The notes: generated from the sequence alone by a model not told the origin. A stretch of DNA of 64,000 bases from Octopus sinensis (GCF_006345805.1 NC_043017.1:22010001-22074000), one strand, 5' to 3'; shown: positions 26,003 through 39,174, numbered from the stretch's first letter. Numbers and translations are program-made.

Positions 26003-26367
26003 TTGCATGACCCCACACTGCAATGATCACATCACAGAAGATCTAAGAGCTTGGTTGGGAAAAAATTCCTCATCCACCTTATTCTCCTTGCTCTTTCAGA
26101 CTACCATTTGTTTCCTAATTTACAGAATCATTTGGGGATTATAACTTTCACAAGCCAGGAGGAGGTCAAAACTGACATTTCAGAGTCCTTCGCTTTGAAA
26201 CCAAAAGAATTTTACATTGATGGGATTAGAAAGCTTGTAAATAGATGAAAGGAAGTCATAGATAATCAGGGAAGGTACATTGATGATTAAATTTCAATTA
26301 AAAATAACATTTGATCACTTGTTTTCTATATTTAAAATTCAAACAGAACCTATGGGATGACCTGATA
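26003..26367 (+). mobile_element. Mariner transposase C-terminal remnant and 3' end
   Basis: LHD...HTAMITSQKI*ELGWEKIPHPPYSP[frameshift]ALSDYHLFPNLQNHL...FYIDGIRKLVNR*KEVIDNQGRYIDD, ending ...gatgacctgaTA. Confidence 0.88.
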
Positions 26368-26419
26368 CATACATACATACATACATACATACATACATAC
26401 ACATACATACATACATACA

Positions 26420-26465
<46 letters not shown>

Positions 26466-27037
26466 CACACACACAAGAAAGTAGCAAAAGGTATATGAAA
26501 ATTATATAAAAATTCTTTAAAAAATTTTTAAATAATCATTTTATATATTGTCTAAATACTCAAAGGACTTTTGAACTCACCTGTATATATAGAGCATGGA
26601 TTATGTGCATTTAAATGCATATTTACTGCACAAGTTTATAAGCCCGAACAAGCAAAATGCACCAGGTGAATTTATTAAGCTGCACCAACATTACACGCAT
26701 GAAGAATTATAATAATCTAATACAAAATCGGAGAGAAATTCATGAACATGCATGTGAATTGTTAAACAGACCAGGTCACATGCATCTTTAAATACAGAGA
26801 GTGTGATGAGGAATTGGAAGAAGAATAGTGTGGTGTGTGCAACAAGAACAATTGAATGCAGCAATGCAAAGCTGAACATGACTGATCATATATGGTGATG
26901 TTGGGTTGGACAACTTCTGTATGTGTAGAGGGAGGCTGGCAAATGATGTTCATTATAGACAAACATTCAATGTGCTTGTTTGCTTATACACACAATACAG
27001 TGTGTGTGTATATAAAATTGTGTGTGTGTGTGTGTAT

Positions 27038-27069
<32 letters not shown>

Positions 27070-27251
27070 AAAACTCACACACATACATATATATAATGAT
27101 ATGAAATGTTTTGGTATCCAGAAGACCCAAAAGGCAGGTAAAGCTATGTAAGAGCTACGGAAGGACTACTGTTAAGCTACCGGTTCAATAATAGTATGAG
27201 TGAGGAGTATAAGGTAGGTCGTGTGTGAGCGTGTATATGTTAAATAAAAAG

Positions 27252-27313
<62 letters not shown>

Positions 27314-27348
27314 CTTTTTATTTAACATATACAAGCTCACACACCAAG

Positions 27349-27394
<46 letters not shown>

Positions 27395-27866
27395 TCACAC
27401 ATATATATATACACAGATAGATATAATACATATACATTCATATAAACATGTACTCAAATATCTGATCTGCTTACTGAAATATGTTTATATGCATGCATGC
27501 ACACATGCAGATGCATACCACACATACCATTATGTACATACATGTGCATACATGCATATATACATGTAACTGTGTTTGTTTATGCATACATGCATACAAT
27601 ATATGTATTTGTTAACATATTTATATGCATATAATATGCACACATTGAAGTGCATGCTCGCACACACATATGCATATACTTATTTATATGTGTATAAGTA
27701 TGCAATTGTGAGAGTGCGTGTGTTTGTGTATGTACATAGACACAAACACACGTGCACGGAATTCAAACACAAATGTGCACAAGCAGCTGTGCACATATGC
27801 ATGTATGTTGTGAACATATGTGCATATTTGTTCAAATATATTTTTATGGCCATACAGACAAATACA

Positions 27867-27917
<51 letters not shown>

Positions 27918-28638
27918 ATATATATATATATGTATATATAAGCAAGTACATGAGTGTGTGTGTGTATGTGTGTGTGTATGTGTGTGTATTTGAGTGTGTG
28001 TGTGTGTATGTGTGTGTGTGTATTTGTGTATGTGTGTACGTGTGTATTTGTGCGAACACATATACACAGGAAAGGCTATGATATAAATACATAAATGGTA
28101 GCTGTGATGAAAATATACAATGTAATAGCCACCATGGGCTTTAGACTTGAAGCCCACTGAACCAGAGTGTAGAGAGCTGCAAGAAACAGCAGCTAAATAT
28201 CCTTCAATCCACATGTCACACTCTTAAAAAAAAACAAAAAAAAAACAAATGACATTGGATAAAGTGCTCCTGGATTATCTGCAAGTAGAAAAAAGATGGG
28301 ATGTTCTTGGAATGCCATTGATCATAGATCTGTTCAATCTGAGTTGTCCTGGGGTTAAACAACAACAACAATAATTGCCTCAAGAACATGCTGGTTATTT
28401 TCCATACCTTTCTTATTGCTACTTATGAAACCTTCGCTCTCTTCACCTTAAAAGATACCTAGTACCTCCTCCAAAACCCATCTTGCACCTCATACTACCT
28501 CATTGTGCCTCTTTTGTCATCCTTACTGTGTCTCACCCTTCTGAACTAGAAGACACTAGAACACTTTTCTCAAGCCTTCTTCTGCAGAACTACAACCCCT
28601 TCTTACCCCCATCTTAACCCATAGTGTTTATCCCCAGT

Positions 28639-29010
28639 CAGGGGGAATCTTACCAGTATTATAGGCCCCTGGATAAACCAATGCATTGGACCCTATAGTA
28701 TTTATTTATTGACAGCAAGTCACAATATGAATAAATCAGAATTGAGACCCCCCCCCCCAGGCCTGGGAGGCACCTGGGCAAATCAATGCATTGAACCTGT
28801 AATGTTTATTTATTGAAAACAATCCACAATAGAAATAGATCAGAAATGGGCCCCAAGATCTGTGAGGCATCTGATTAAATCAGTGTTCTGGACCCTATAG
28901 TATTTTTTTTAATGATAACTGACCACAACATACAGAGATCTGAATTGGATCCCTAGATCCCTGACTGCTTGGGCAACTGCTCAGAATGACCATACCTTAA
29001 GATGGCACTG
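28639..29010. mobile_element. Probable hAT-type MITE with three degenerate ~100-110 bp internal repeats
   Basis: Ends cagggggaatctta / taagatggcactg (imperfect TIR); 8-bp flanks tccccagt and ttcccagg (6/8 match). Confidence 0.45.
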
Positions 29011-30034
29011 TTCCCAGGTTAGTCCTGAATGTATAAATTTACGATAAAAGGTTTTCCTATGATGACCATCTAGTCTTTCTTTTTTCATACAACATTATTA
29101 AAGTATGCTTCTACTTGTATGTCTATGGGTTTGATTCGAAGAAGACTTCGCTGCCATTTCTAGCAGGTTAAACAACCATATATATGCTCAATTCACACTG
29201 AATATCATTAAATATTGATTTCATTCACTGTAGAAGTCAAGGTCACTATCATACACCTTTGGACTTGGTAATTTTAAGAATTTGGTGACCAAACCTACAA
29301 AGGTAGAATGGATTGGCAGGAATTTGGGTGAATTGGTTAAATGCCTTGTGATATTTGTTCCAACACTTTATGCTCTGAGTTCAAAATCCAGCAATGTTAA
29401 CTTCGCAGAAAAGTGGAGCAATGTGAAGTGTTTTGCTCAAGAATACAATGTATTGCCCAGTCCAAGAATTGAAACAACAATCTTACACTAATGAGTCCAA
29501 CAACATCCTAACCACTAAACAATGCACCTCTACATGGTATTATACTAGTAACTGAAAACGTGAGGTTTTGATTTTAGATCTCTCTAGATCCCTCTATACT
29601 GATTCAACAACACACAGCACACATGTATGACTCCCTCTCCAAAAGTAAACCCCATGAAAAGAATAAAAGAAAAAAGATATAATAAAGAAAAAGAAAAGGG
29701 GATAAAACAAATGCTCTTACACTCTCTCTACTTTCTGAAACCTTAAGTGCCACTCCCTTGTTCATACTTTTCAGGTTAGGGGTAGGTTGTATCTCCTATT
29801 AACAACACTAAGTGAAGCACTTAACTGATTTAATAAAAATGTCATTTTTTCACGTTTTTTTCCCTTATTAAAATTTATAGGTGCATGAGAATTTGAAATT
29901 CTCTTATGTTATGTGGCTAATTATGAAACACCTTCGTAAATGAGGAAAAAAAAATTCTATACTGTTTTTCAATTAGAGGAAGTGAAACTAATAATAAAAC
30001 AAGTTGTTTTCCTAGTTTAGTTCGTTTATATAAA

Positions 30035-30437
30035 ACTAGCAGTATAGCCCGGCGTTGCTCGGGTTTGGTTTGTTTTTGACCCTTTTAAATTGGAATTTTA
30101 GAGAAGTAAAAATGTTGCATTATGTAGCTTGTCATTCTCTTTAAGTGAACATTTTTCTGATTGAAATGCACCGATAAATGGTGACACAGCAATCAAAAAA
30201 ATCGTAAAAAGTAGGGATTTTCATAGAAAAAAGCACCTTTTTAATGTAAATAATTTTTGGTCTTAACATGGTCCGATTTGAAGTTTTCTTCTACAGAATA
30301 AAGAGCAAACCTTCTTCTATCATACACTCAATTTTGGTCAACTTGTGCTGAAGGGTCTTGGAGGAGATAGTGTTAGTTGAAGGCTACCAAACCTGCTACA
30401 CACACAGACAGACAACTTCAGCTTTATATATAAAGAT
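30035..30437 (+). mobile_element. Helentron-type non-autonomous element (HINE/DINE-1-like), second family
   Basis: Starts actagcag..cccggcgttgctcggg (subterminal hairpin) and ends acagacagacaacttcagctttatatataaagat. Confidence 0.7.
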
Positions 30438-30554
30438 TAAACATTGCATAAATGGATGATGCAGTGTACTGCTTCTAATTGTTACATGTACAGATTCTTT
30501 TTGACACAGATTTTCACCAATGTGATGGGAAAGCTTGTGTGCTGGGAAATACAG

Positions 30555-31090
30555 GTATGGGCGTGGCAGTTCAGAAGATCACTTTCCAGTTGTGTGGTTT
30601 TGAGTTCAGTCCCAAGTGTCTTCTACCATTGCCCTGAGACGACCAAATCATCATCATCATTGTTCGACCGTGGTCGAGACAATGGAATTTACCATGCTAC
30701 GCCAGACTTCACGGTCCATCATGGCATTACGGAGGTCCTGTTGCTGGATGCCTGTATCCCTGGAGATTACATCAGGGTAGGAGAGTGTGTGCCCTCTGGT
30801 ATTGCGAGTAGATGGCTTCCAGAGGAGAAGAGTAGAAATTACTTCTTTTTCAGCTCTACAACAATGTCCAGCAAACTGGACTCTCCTACCTTTCACAAGA
30901 GATGCCACAGGTGGTAGTTTCCCATATATTTGCATTTTGGTTGGATGGCGCTTCCACGAGAGATTTTGAGCTCTCATAAGGAGGCGACCAAAGCCTTGAG
31001 AGTGGATTTGGTTGAGGGAAACTGAAAGAAGCCTGTCGTATAAGTGTATGTATTTATGTATGTATATACTTTATTTGTGGGTTAACAAAG
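30555..31090 (+). mobile_element. SINE family A 5' half, interrupted by an RTE fragment
   Basis: SINE sequence is continuous across 30647/30981. Confidence 0.75.
30648..30980 (-). mobile_element. 5'-truncated RTE-clade LINE with target-site duplication
   Basis: Open frame ...LVKGRRVQFAGHCCRAEKEVISTLLLWKP...DREVWRSMVNSIVSTTVEQ, then a (TGA)n tail. TSD gagacgaccaaa (30636-30647) / gaggcgaccaaa (30981-30992). Confidence 0.9.
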
Positions 31091-32264
31091 CTAGCATTGG
31101 TTTCATGCTGGGTGTCTTCACCATTTAGCAAGCTTGTGGGACGTTGGTACTTGTCTCTTCTTTCAATAAAGAATATTTATCCACCACTGCAGTGTTGAGC
31201 ATTTCATTCTCAGTGTTCGAGATCTGTATATAGATTCTTTTATTCTTTTATGCTTTTCAGCCCTGAGGCTGCGGCCATGCTGGGGCACTGCCAGTGAGCT
31301 GTCTAGATAAGTATATTTGTGTGCATGTGTGTGTGTGCATGCATATGTTTGCATGTGTGTGTGTGTGTATGCATGCATTTGTATGCATGCGTTTATATGA
31401 GTTTGTGTGTCTGTGTGTCTGTGTGTGTCTGTGTGTGTGTGTCTGTGTGTCTGTGTGTGTGTGTGTGTGGTGTGTGTGTGTGTGTGTCTGTGTGTGTGTC
31501 TGTGTATGTGTCTGTGTCTGTGTGTGTGTCTGTGTGTGTGTGTGTTTGATTCTAAATGAGCATCAACATCTTACAGAAAAGGCTGTTTATTTCTTTGCAA
31601 TTATATGATTAATTTTAAGCCATTGCAAGTGGCTTTCTTTTATTTTTCTTTCTTTACTCTTAAACTGCAGACAGCAATTTTTAACATCTCACAGCCTTTT
31701 CCCCTCTTTTTTTTCTCTTCCATCTCTTCATTGTTTATATATATATTCCTGACAGTTAATTCCATTGCTACATTATCACAGTTCATATGATGAACGGACA
31801 TAAAAAACAAAATATCATTTCCCATGTCTGTACATCAGCAGTTGTTTGTTTATAAACATTATTTATACTAAAACATACAGAACACAAGATATACAGTCAC
31901 GCGTTAGAATTAACTGTAAGTTTTTCAATACGATTTTTTTCCAGTGCATCAGACATTTTTATGGTGCCTTTAAAAAAATAACACTTTAGACATCAAAGAG
32001 TCTGAGACTGCAATTTTTTTAAATAAAAGCATTTTTTTAATAACAAACTAGTGATCGAAATATACATTATGCAAAATAAAATATATTAATATATATATGA
32101 ATAAAATGTAAATGAAATATGTTCATGCATAAAGCAAAATAAATTCATGCATGATTACACTATGTAACACGATTTTTGTCTTTGGAGAGCAACCGTTATT
32201 TCTTGGTTGCTTAAACTTAGGGTGGGAAACGGTTAATATTTCCTTCAAATTTTGCTTTACTTAC

Positions 32265-32438
32265 ATTTATTCAGACCCCCTAAGTATCCCTTTCAACTCA
32301 TGGCTATAATTCTTCCCCATTGCTCTTGCTCATGATCAGAGATGCACACATTGTCAGCCAAGAAGGAACATACTCAAATGGTTAAGGTCAAGTAAGTGAC
32401 AAGCAAATCTGTGGTATTGAGCAGAATATTTGCTATAA
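32265..32438 (-). repeat. Dispersed repeat family E, unclassified
   Basis: Reverse complement matches ~59375-59545 (agcaaatattctgctcaataccacagatttgc...). Confidence 0.8.
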
Positions 32439-33344
32439 TGATATTTCTGCTTTGAAAACTCAGCACTGAATCTGTCTGAAATGTAATGGAAAATTGGTCA
32501 GTTTCAAAGCATTGATATCCAGGTCACAAAAGCAGAGTTTAAAAGGAATATTTATCATTTCCTTTGAATTTTAAATAGAAGCAGCAAATAGAAGCAGCAA
32601 ATAGAAAATAACATTTACTGATCAAAGACAAAAAAAACAACTTTTTGTTACAAAAAATATATTTATAAGCTTTAACCAACAAAGTGGACGCTCAAAACTC
32701 TTTCTCTGTGATTTACACATGTGTACCTAATGCATATACACACACAAAAATATATTTTATTTGCCACAAAGGCAACAAGTATCTGGGGAATGATTTCAGG
32801 GGGTAACCAGAAACCAGTTTCACCCTAGTCTTTCCACTTCCCAGTTTAAATGCATGTAAAAAGCACCCAATGCACTTTGTTAAGTGGTTGGCATTAGGAA
32901 GGGTATCCATCTGTAGAAACCATGCCAAAACAGACAGTTGGTATCTGGACAGCTAACTGCTAGCCAGCGCCATGTCAAACCATGCTAGCATGGAAAGTGG
33001 ATTTTATATGATGATGACGATGGTGGTGATGATGATGATCTATCTGTTGCCTGTTTCAGTCATCAGACTGTGGCCATGCTGGGGCACCAATTTGGAGAAT
33101 TTTAGTGGAACGAATTGACCCCAGTATTTTTTTTTTTTCAAGTTAGGTACTTATTCTCTTGGTCTCTTTTGTCAAATTGTTAAGTTGCTAGGGACATAGA
33201 TGCACCAACAGCAGTTGTCAAGACCTGGAGGAAGACAAACACAGATGCAAAGACATAACCTCACATGTCTTTGCCAGTATATACATATTGAATCTTTAGT
33301 ATAGCATCATAAATGTATCAACTGCTATTTCCAGTAAACATTGG

Positions 33345-33666
33345 TGCTTTTGGCACATAAAAAGCACCATTCAAGCGTGATCATTGCTTGCGTCGCCTTA
33401 ACAGCACGTGCTGGTGGCACACGAAAAACAGCATTCGAATGTGGTTTTTTGCTAGTGTCACTGGACTAGCTTGTGTGCTGGTGGCATATATAAGCACCTA
33501 CTACACTCTCAGAGTGGTTGGCGTTAGGAAGGGCATTCAGCTGCAGAAACTTTGCCAGATCAGATTGAGCTTGGTGCAGCCTTCTGGCTCATCAGTCCTC
33601 AGTCAAACCATCCAACCCATGCCAGCATGGAAAGCAGATGTTAAACGACGACAATGATGACGATGA

Positions 33667-33670
<4 letters not shown>
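33345..33670 (+). mobile_element. RTE-type 3'UTR fragment (family D) with (TGA)n tail
   Basis: gtggttggcgttaggaagggcat...ccaacccatgccagcatggaaagcagatgttaaacgacgacaatgatga; same as the 3' end of 20894-22699. Confidence 0.8.
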
Positions 33671-33700
<30 letters not shown>

Positions 33701-33703
<3 letters not shown>

Positions 33704-33959
33704 ACTTATAAATAAGGGCAAACAAAAAAATTTCTAATGCCAAATATGCCGAAAGTTGGACATATTGTCCATAACCATATATGGTTATATGATTATATGG
33801 TTATGGACAATATGTCCAACTTTCGGCATATTTGGCATTAGAAATTTTTTCGTTTGCCCTTATTTATAAGTTGTTTATAATTTTAACCTCTAAGGTATTT
33901 TTTAATATGCTGGCCTTTCCAAAAATTCTTTTTTCGAAAAAAATTTTATCCTACATTAA

Positions 33960-34014
<55 letters not shown>

Positions 34015-34510
34015 ATATACAACTTATAAATAAGGGCAAACAAAAAATTTCTAATGCCAAATATGCCGAAAGTTGGACATATTGTCCATAACCATATATG
34101 GTTATATGATTATATGGTTATGGACAATATGTCCAACTTTCGGCATATTTGGCATTAGAAATTTTTTCGTTTGCCCTTATTTATAAGTTGTTTATAATTT
34201 TAACCTCTAAAGGTATTTTTTAATATGCTGGCCTTTCCAAAAATTCTTTTTTCGAAAAAAATTTTATCCTACATTAAATATACATATATATATTATATAT
34301 ATATATATATATATAATATATATATATATGACGCATAAATTATAATGGTTATTGACAATTTTGTCTTTTTTTCGGCATATTTGGCATTAGAATTTTTCTC
34401 TTGCCCTTATTTATAAGTTATTTATAAATTTAACCATTAAAGGTATTTTTTGATATGCTGGCCATTGATAAAAAATTTTTCTTTCGAAAAAAATCTTATC
34501 CTACATTAGT
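33701..34510 (+). mobile_element. Three tandem copies of a hairpin-headed, (TA)n-docked element
   Basis: Copies 1 and 2 (33701, 34019) have 81-bp inverted arms; copy 3 (34330-34510) lacks the inverted arm. Related to 49957-50220. Confidence 0.75.
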
Positions 34511-35487
34511 TATATATATATATGTATGTATATATATTAAATTAGAGATAAAACCACTATTAGGCAAATCAAACAGTGAAAATCATAAATTATCTCTAAA
34601 TTAATATATATATTTATACTATAAAATTAGATTTAATCCTAAATCTAATTTTTCCCTGTAAGTTTGGATTTACTCCCTAATATTATTATTATATATATAT
34701 GTATATATACGTATGCATTGATGTTTCATTAAGAATTTTGTTTCTCATTGACATGTTTCCAGATATTCAATTCCTCACACACACAAAAATATAAATAAAT
34801 ATAAGTAACACTATAAAGGCACTGATCCCATGAGTTCAGTAAACAACCTCAAACTTTCAAAGATAGCACATGAGTTGTCTTTGCTTGCACTGACTCTACA
34901 TATAACGTTACCACAGGATGCACAGCAGAACCACAAATAAAGACTAAAAACTTGAAAGTAATTTTCCTTTATTGTGTATAGGTTGCTTTTGATGACCTTT
35001 CCAGATCATCTTCCTCTTTCTGTAACTTACTATGGTGACGTTTTGATGTAAGGATAATTGAGTAACGAAAATGTGGTGTAATTTAGGTTACAAAAAGCTG
35101 AAATGAAAATGATAAATGCATGCAAAGAAACCCTCATTTTGTGTTGAACAATGTGATATTGGAAGGGCTATTCATCAAATTATGCAGCTTAATCTAGTTT
35201 TATGCAAGCATTTGCACACTTTGTCCGTAATTACTCTTTATTAATCTTTCCATAACACACAGAGAAAAGGTAAAAGTCACCATACCTGTCATTATTACAG
35301 CAATCACTAAAATAATTATTCTTATTCTCCTTCTTTTCTTCTTCTTCTTCTTCTTCTTCTTCTTATTATTATTATTGTTGTTATTATTATTATTGTTATT
35401 ATTATTGTTATTATTATTAAGGTTGACTTTGCCAATAACCTTACAGGAGTTTTGAAAAGGTGTTCTGAGGCTTTTACCCAGATGATA

Positions 35488-35545
<58 letters not shown>

Positions 35546-36017
35546 ATATATATATATATATATTTGTGTGTGTGTGAGTGTGTGTGTGTACATACATAGA
35601 TATATATATACACACACACACATGTATTCATACTTATATATTATGTACATATATACATACAAATATATACATAAATATATACATGCATATATACATACAT
35701 ATATATACACATATCTATATACATATATACATATAAATATATATATATATATATATATATCTAATTATCTAATTCTTATGCTTTCCTAAAACTTAATTTC
35801 GAAACGTACGTCCGTAGGTGACTTAATATTGTATGATTGTCGTCATTTCTTCCTCTCTTGCCTGCGTCTGCCTTCTAAGTGCTGTGGTTTTACTGAGATC
35901 TCCCTTTTAGTAGAAACAATAGCTATAACTCTTTGACTGCTATTTCTAAACTCGGTGTGTGGTGAGGCAAATCGTTGCTAAACCCTTAATTGCTTAGTAT
36001 ATATATATATATATATA

Positions 36018-36178
36018 CCGGAGTAAACACATAAATGTGAAACAAGGTGGAAAAAAGAGTACTCAAATACCAGGGGTAGAGTAATATGCTTTATTTAAAA
36101 GCAGCAGAAATTCAACAAAACCTGTTACTCAGAGTTACACGTTCCCGTTCGTCGGACAGTTTTTGCTGCTTTTAAATA

Positions 36179-36180
<2 letters not shown>
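36018..36180 (-). mobile_element. Penelope-like short element with a short inverted 5' segment, between (TA)n tracts
   Basis: HHR at 36122-36159; 36161-36178 is an inverted copy of 36092-36109. Confidence 0.7.
36122..36159 (-). ncRNA. Hammerhead ribozyme motif (U4C core, A13U mutation)
   Basis: Minus strand reads ctgt-CCGACGA-acg-ggaa-cgt-GTA-ACTC-T-GAGT-A-acag. All three stems pair. Confidence 0.6.
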
Positions 36181-36215
<35 letters not shown>

Positions 36216-36393
36216 CATACAAACAGACACAACAAGATTTGCCTCAACACATGGATTCACATAAAGAATCTTGCAAGCCAGACACAAACACAAAGCAAAA
36301 CAGTGTTTATCTATCCTTAAAGTAAACCACTTCTACAAAGAAGAACAGTGGACAAATTGCAAAGTTGGAATCGGTGAGTGGTAAGGAAATTAC

Positions 36394-36488
36394 TTGGAGA
36401 TAGCCATTGTGATAATTTAGTAGCAGGTGATGGAGGAGTTGATCGGCCGGAGCTACTGCTGGAAGGAGAAAAACTTGGCCATGCTGTG
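36394..36488 (-). CDS. Candidate 95-nt internal exon (Ser/Pro-rich reading)
   Basis: Acceptor ttgtttccttttaaag, donor caa|gtaatt. One frame reads TAWPSFSPSSSSSGRSTPPSPATKLSQWLSP. Non-repetitive and more GC-rich than its flanks; no family recognised. Confidence 0.35.
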
Positions 36489-36752
36489 CTTTAAAAGGAA
36501 ACAACAAGCAAACAATTTCACTCTGCAGCACAACTGAGGATTAGAAAGAAGACAACATAACATATCCTTTTAGATGTTTAAGCATATGTAAGGCATTGTA
36601 AATCTTGCTGAATATAGTTATATTGACATAAACCTGATGTGTCGATATCACAGATTGACACAGATAAATGTACACACATACATATATATGAGTATATATA
36701 TATGTATAAGTAAAGTTATTTGTGACAATTTTTAAAATTTTATATGCTGTTT

Positions 36753-37141
36753 ACTCTTTACTCTTTTACTTGTTTCAGTCATTTGACTGCGGCCATGCTG
36801 GAGCACCACCGTTTTAGTCGAGCAAATCGACCCCAGGACTTATTCTTTTGTAAGCCCAGTACTTATTCTATCGGTCTCTTTCGCCGAACTGCTGAGTGAC
36901 GGGGACATAAACACACCAGCATTGGTTGTCAAGCAATGCCAGGGGGACAAACACAGACACACAAACACACATACATATGTATATACATATATACGACGGG
37001 CTTCTTTCAGTTTCCATCTACCAAATCCACTCACAAGGCTTTGGTTGGCCTGAAGCTATAGTAGAAGACACTTGCCCAAGGTGCCATGCAGTGGGACTGA
37101 ACCCGGAACCATGTGGTTGGTAAGCAAGCTACTCCTGCGCC
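36753..37141 (-). mobile_element. SINE family A with a ~51-bp flanking direct repeat
   Basis: Flanks 36701-36752 and 37142-37192 are near-identical. Confidence 0.92.
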
Positions 37142-37744
37142 TATGTATAAGTAAAGTTATTTGTGACAATTTTTTTATTTTATATGCTGTTTTTTTTAGC
37201 ATTCTTTTTTTATTGTGTGTGTGTGTGTAGCTATGATTTGAGCAAAGAGACAAGCCACCAAGAAACTGTTGATAAATATACGGAAGAGTTGACTGGCAAG
37301 CTGTACAGGATTAAACACCATCCATAACAAAAGCATCGTAGAATGCCAATGGTTGTGATAAATGGATACAAAATGATAGATGTACAAGCATTACTATAGA
37401 GGTCCTTGGTGTCGCAAGCCTAAAATTGCAAGATATTTTATGCTCGGTCTTACGTGCACACATGCATACACACACACACCTCTTGTTCCCTCTCCAATTT
37501 TTTCCTTCACTCACTCTCTGTATATGAATGTGTGTAAATACATATACATGTGTTTGTGAATACGTGTACATATATGCATTTATACAAGTACATGTATGTA
37601 TAAGTATATGTTATATGTATATATATGTATACATATAGTAAGCATCTCTAGCTCTCACCTTTTGACAATATATATATGTATGTGTATATATATATATATA
37701 TATGTATACATATAGTGAGCATCTCTAGCTCTCACCTTTTGACA

Positions 37745-37810
<66 letters not shown>

Positions 37811-37971
37811 ACATGTATGTATAAGTATACATGTATATATGTATATAATTCTATATATATATATATACATATGTATATATACACACATGTATATATATAC
37901 CCACACACATACATGCAAATATATATTTATGTATGTGTGCGTAGACACAGATATATATATACTCATGTGTA

Positions 37972-38005
<34 letters not shown>

Positions 38006-38199
38006 CTGGTGTATGCATGCATGTGTGTGTATATGTACACACATACATATATACATACACACATACACATATATGAATACACACACATACACATATATAA
38101 ATACACACACCTATACATATATAAATACACATACACACAAGCACATGCAGTCTTGACATCCTTCCTTATCTGCTACCTGTCCACTGATTACTGATGCAC

Positions 38200-38228
38200 C
38201 TTATGACTTTAATTTCATTCATCAGAAC
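38200..38228 (-). CDS. Candidate micro-exon (29 nt, or 52 nt if the donor at 38177 is used)
   Basis: Acceptor ttattttctgctgcag; reads VLMNEIKVI; donors aag|gtgcat or cag|gtagca. Confidence 0.2.
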
Positions 38229-38893
38229 CTGCAGCAGAAAATAATGGTCAGCCAAATGCTGCCACCTCTCTCTCTCTCTCTCTCTCTCCCTCTCTTTCTC
38301 TCTCTCACTCCTTCTCTCCCTCAAAAAATGGTTCAGATTTAAAAAAAAAAAAAAGAAACAACTTATTTTTATTTCATTTATTTCATCAAGACAACTTATT
38401 TATTCTGTGACAGTCAACCATTTAATTCCGGATAATGCAATGAAAGCCATTATGCCATCGTTATTTTTTTTTTGTTTGTTTGTTGTGTTTTTTTTCTCTT
38501 TTTTTTTTTTGTCCTCCACAGTAAAAATAAACTTCAGAGACTCTAACTAGTAGAACACCAAAGTTAAAAGCTGTTTAATGACAATATTCACTTCCATATC
38601 AGAGGGTGAATATTTACAGTGCTCCCACCACCACCATCACCACCCTTTGCGTTCTCCTATCGATGTTTATGAAGGTAGTGATGATGATGATGATGATGAT
38701 GATGAGAATGACAGTGATGGTGATGGTGGGATTATTTTGTTTGTTTATTCATTTTCCTTTTAATTCTATGAAAAGTGCACGGTTAAATGCAATCTCTAAA
38801 TAACTACAAAGAAAATAGATTTATGAAAAAAAAATCCAATTTGTAAAAGGGTTTTTAATGACATGCTGGCAATACTTTTGTGTGCACATGTCC

Positions 38894-38941
<48 letters not shown>

Positions 38942-39096
38942 GTCTATCTATCTATTTATCTGTCTATCTATCTATCTATCTATTTATCTGTCTATCTATC
39001 TATCTATATATATATATATATATATATATCTGTCAGATTATCTATCTATCTACCTATCTATCTGTCTATATAAATATATATCAGTCTATATATCTG

Positions 39097-39149
<53 letters not shown>

Positions 39150-39174
39150 GTCTATCTATCTATCTATCTATCAG

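Noticed and set aside
26576-26625. Strong minus-strand donor cag|gtgagt
   Set aside because: The upstream sequence is AT-rich with stops in two frames and no convincing reading.
34455-34500. TTGATAA...GAAA in the hairpin-headed family as a U3-A8 hammerhead
   Set aside because: The stems are only poly-A/T, there is no NUH or stem III, and the motif is absent from the 33701 subfamily.
35761-35820. GAA-ACGTACGT-C as a hammerhead 3' half
   Set aside because: No recognisable CUGANGA or stem II upstream; at best a remnant.
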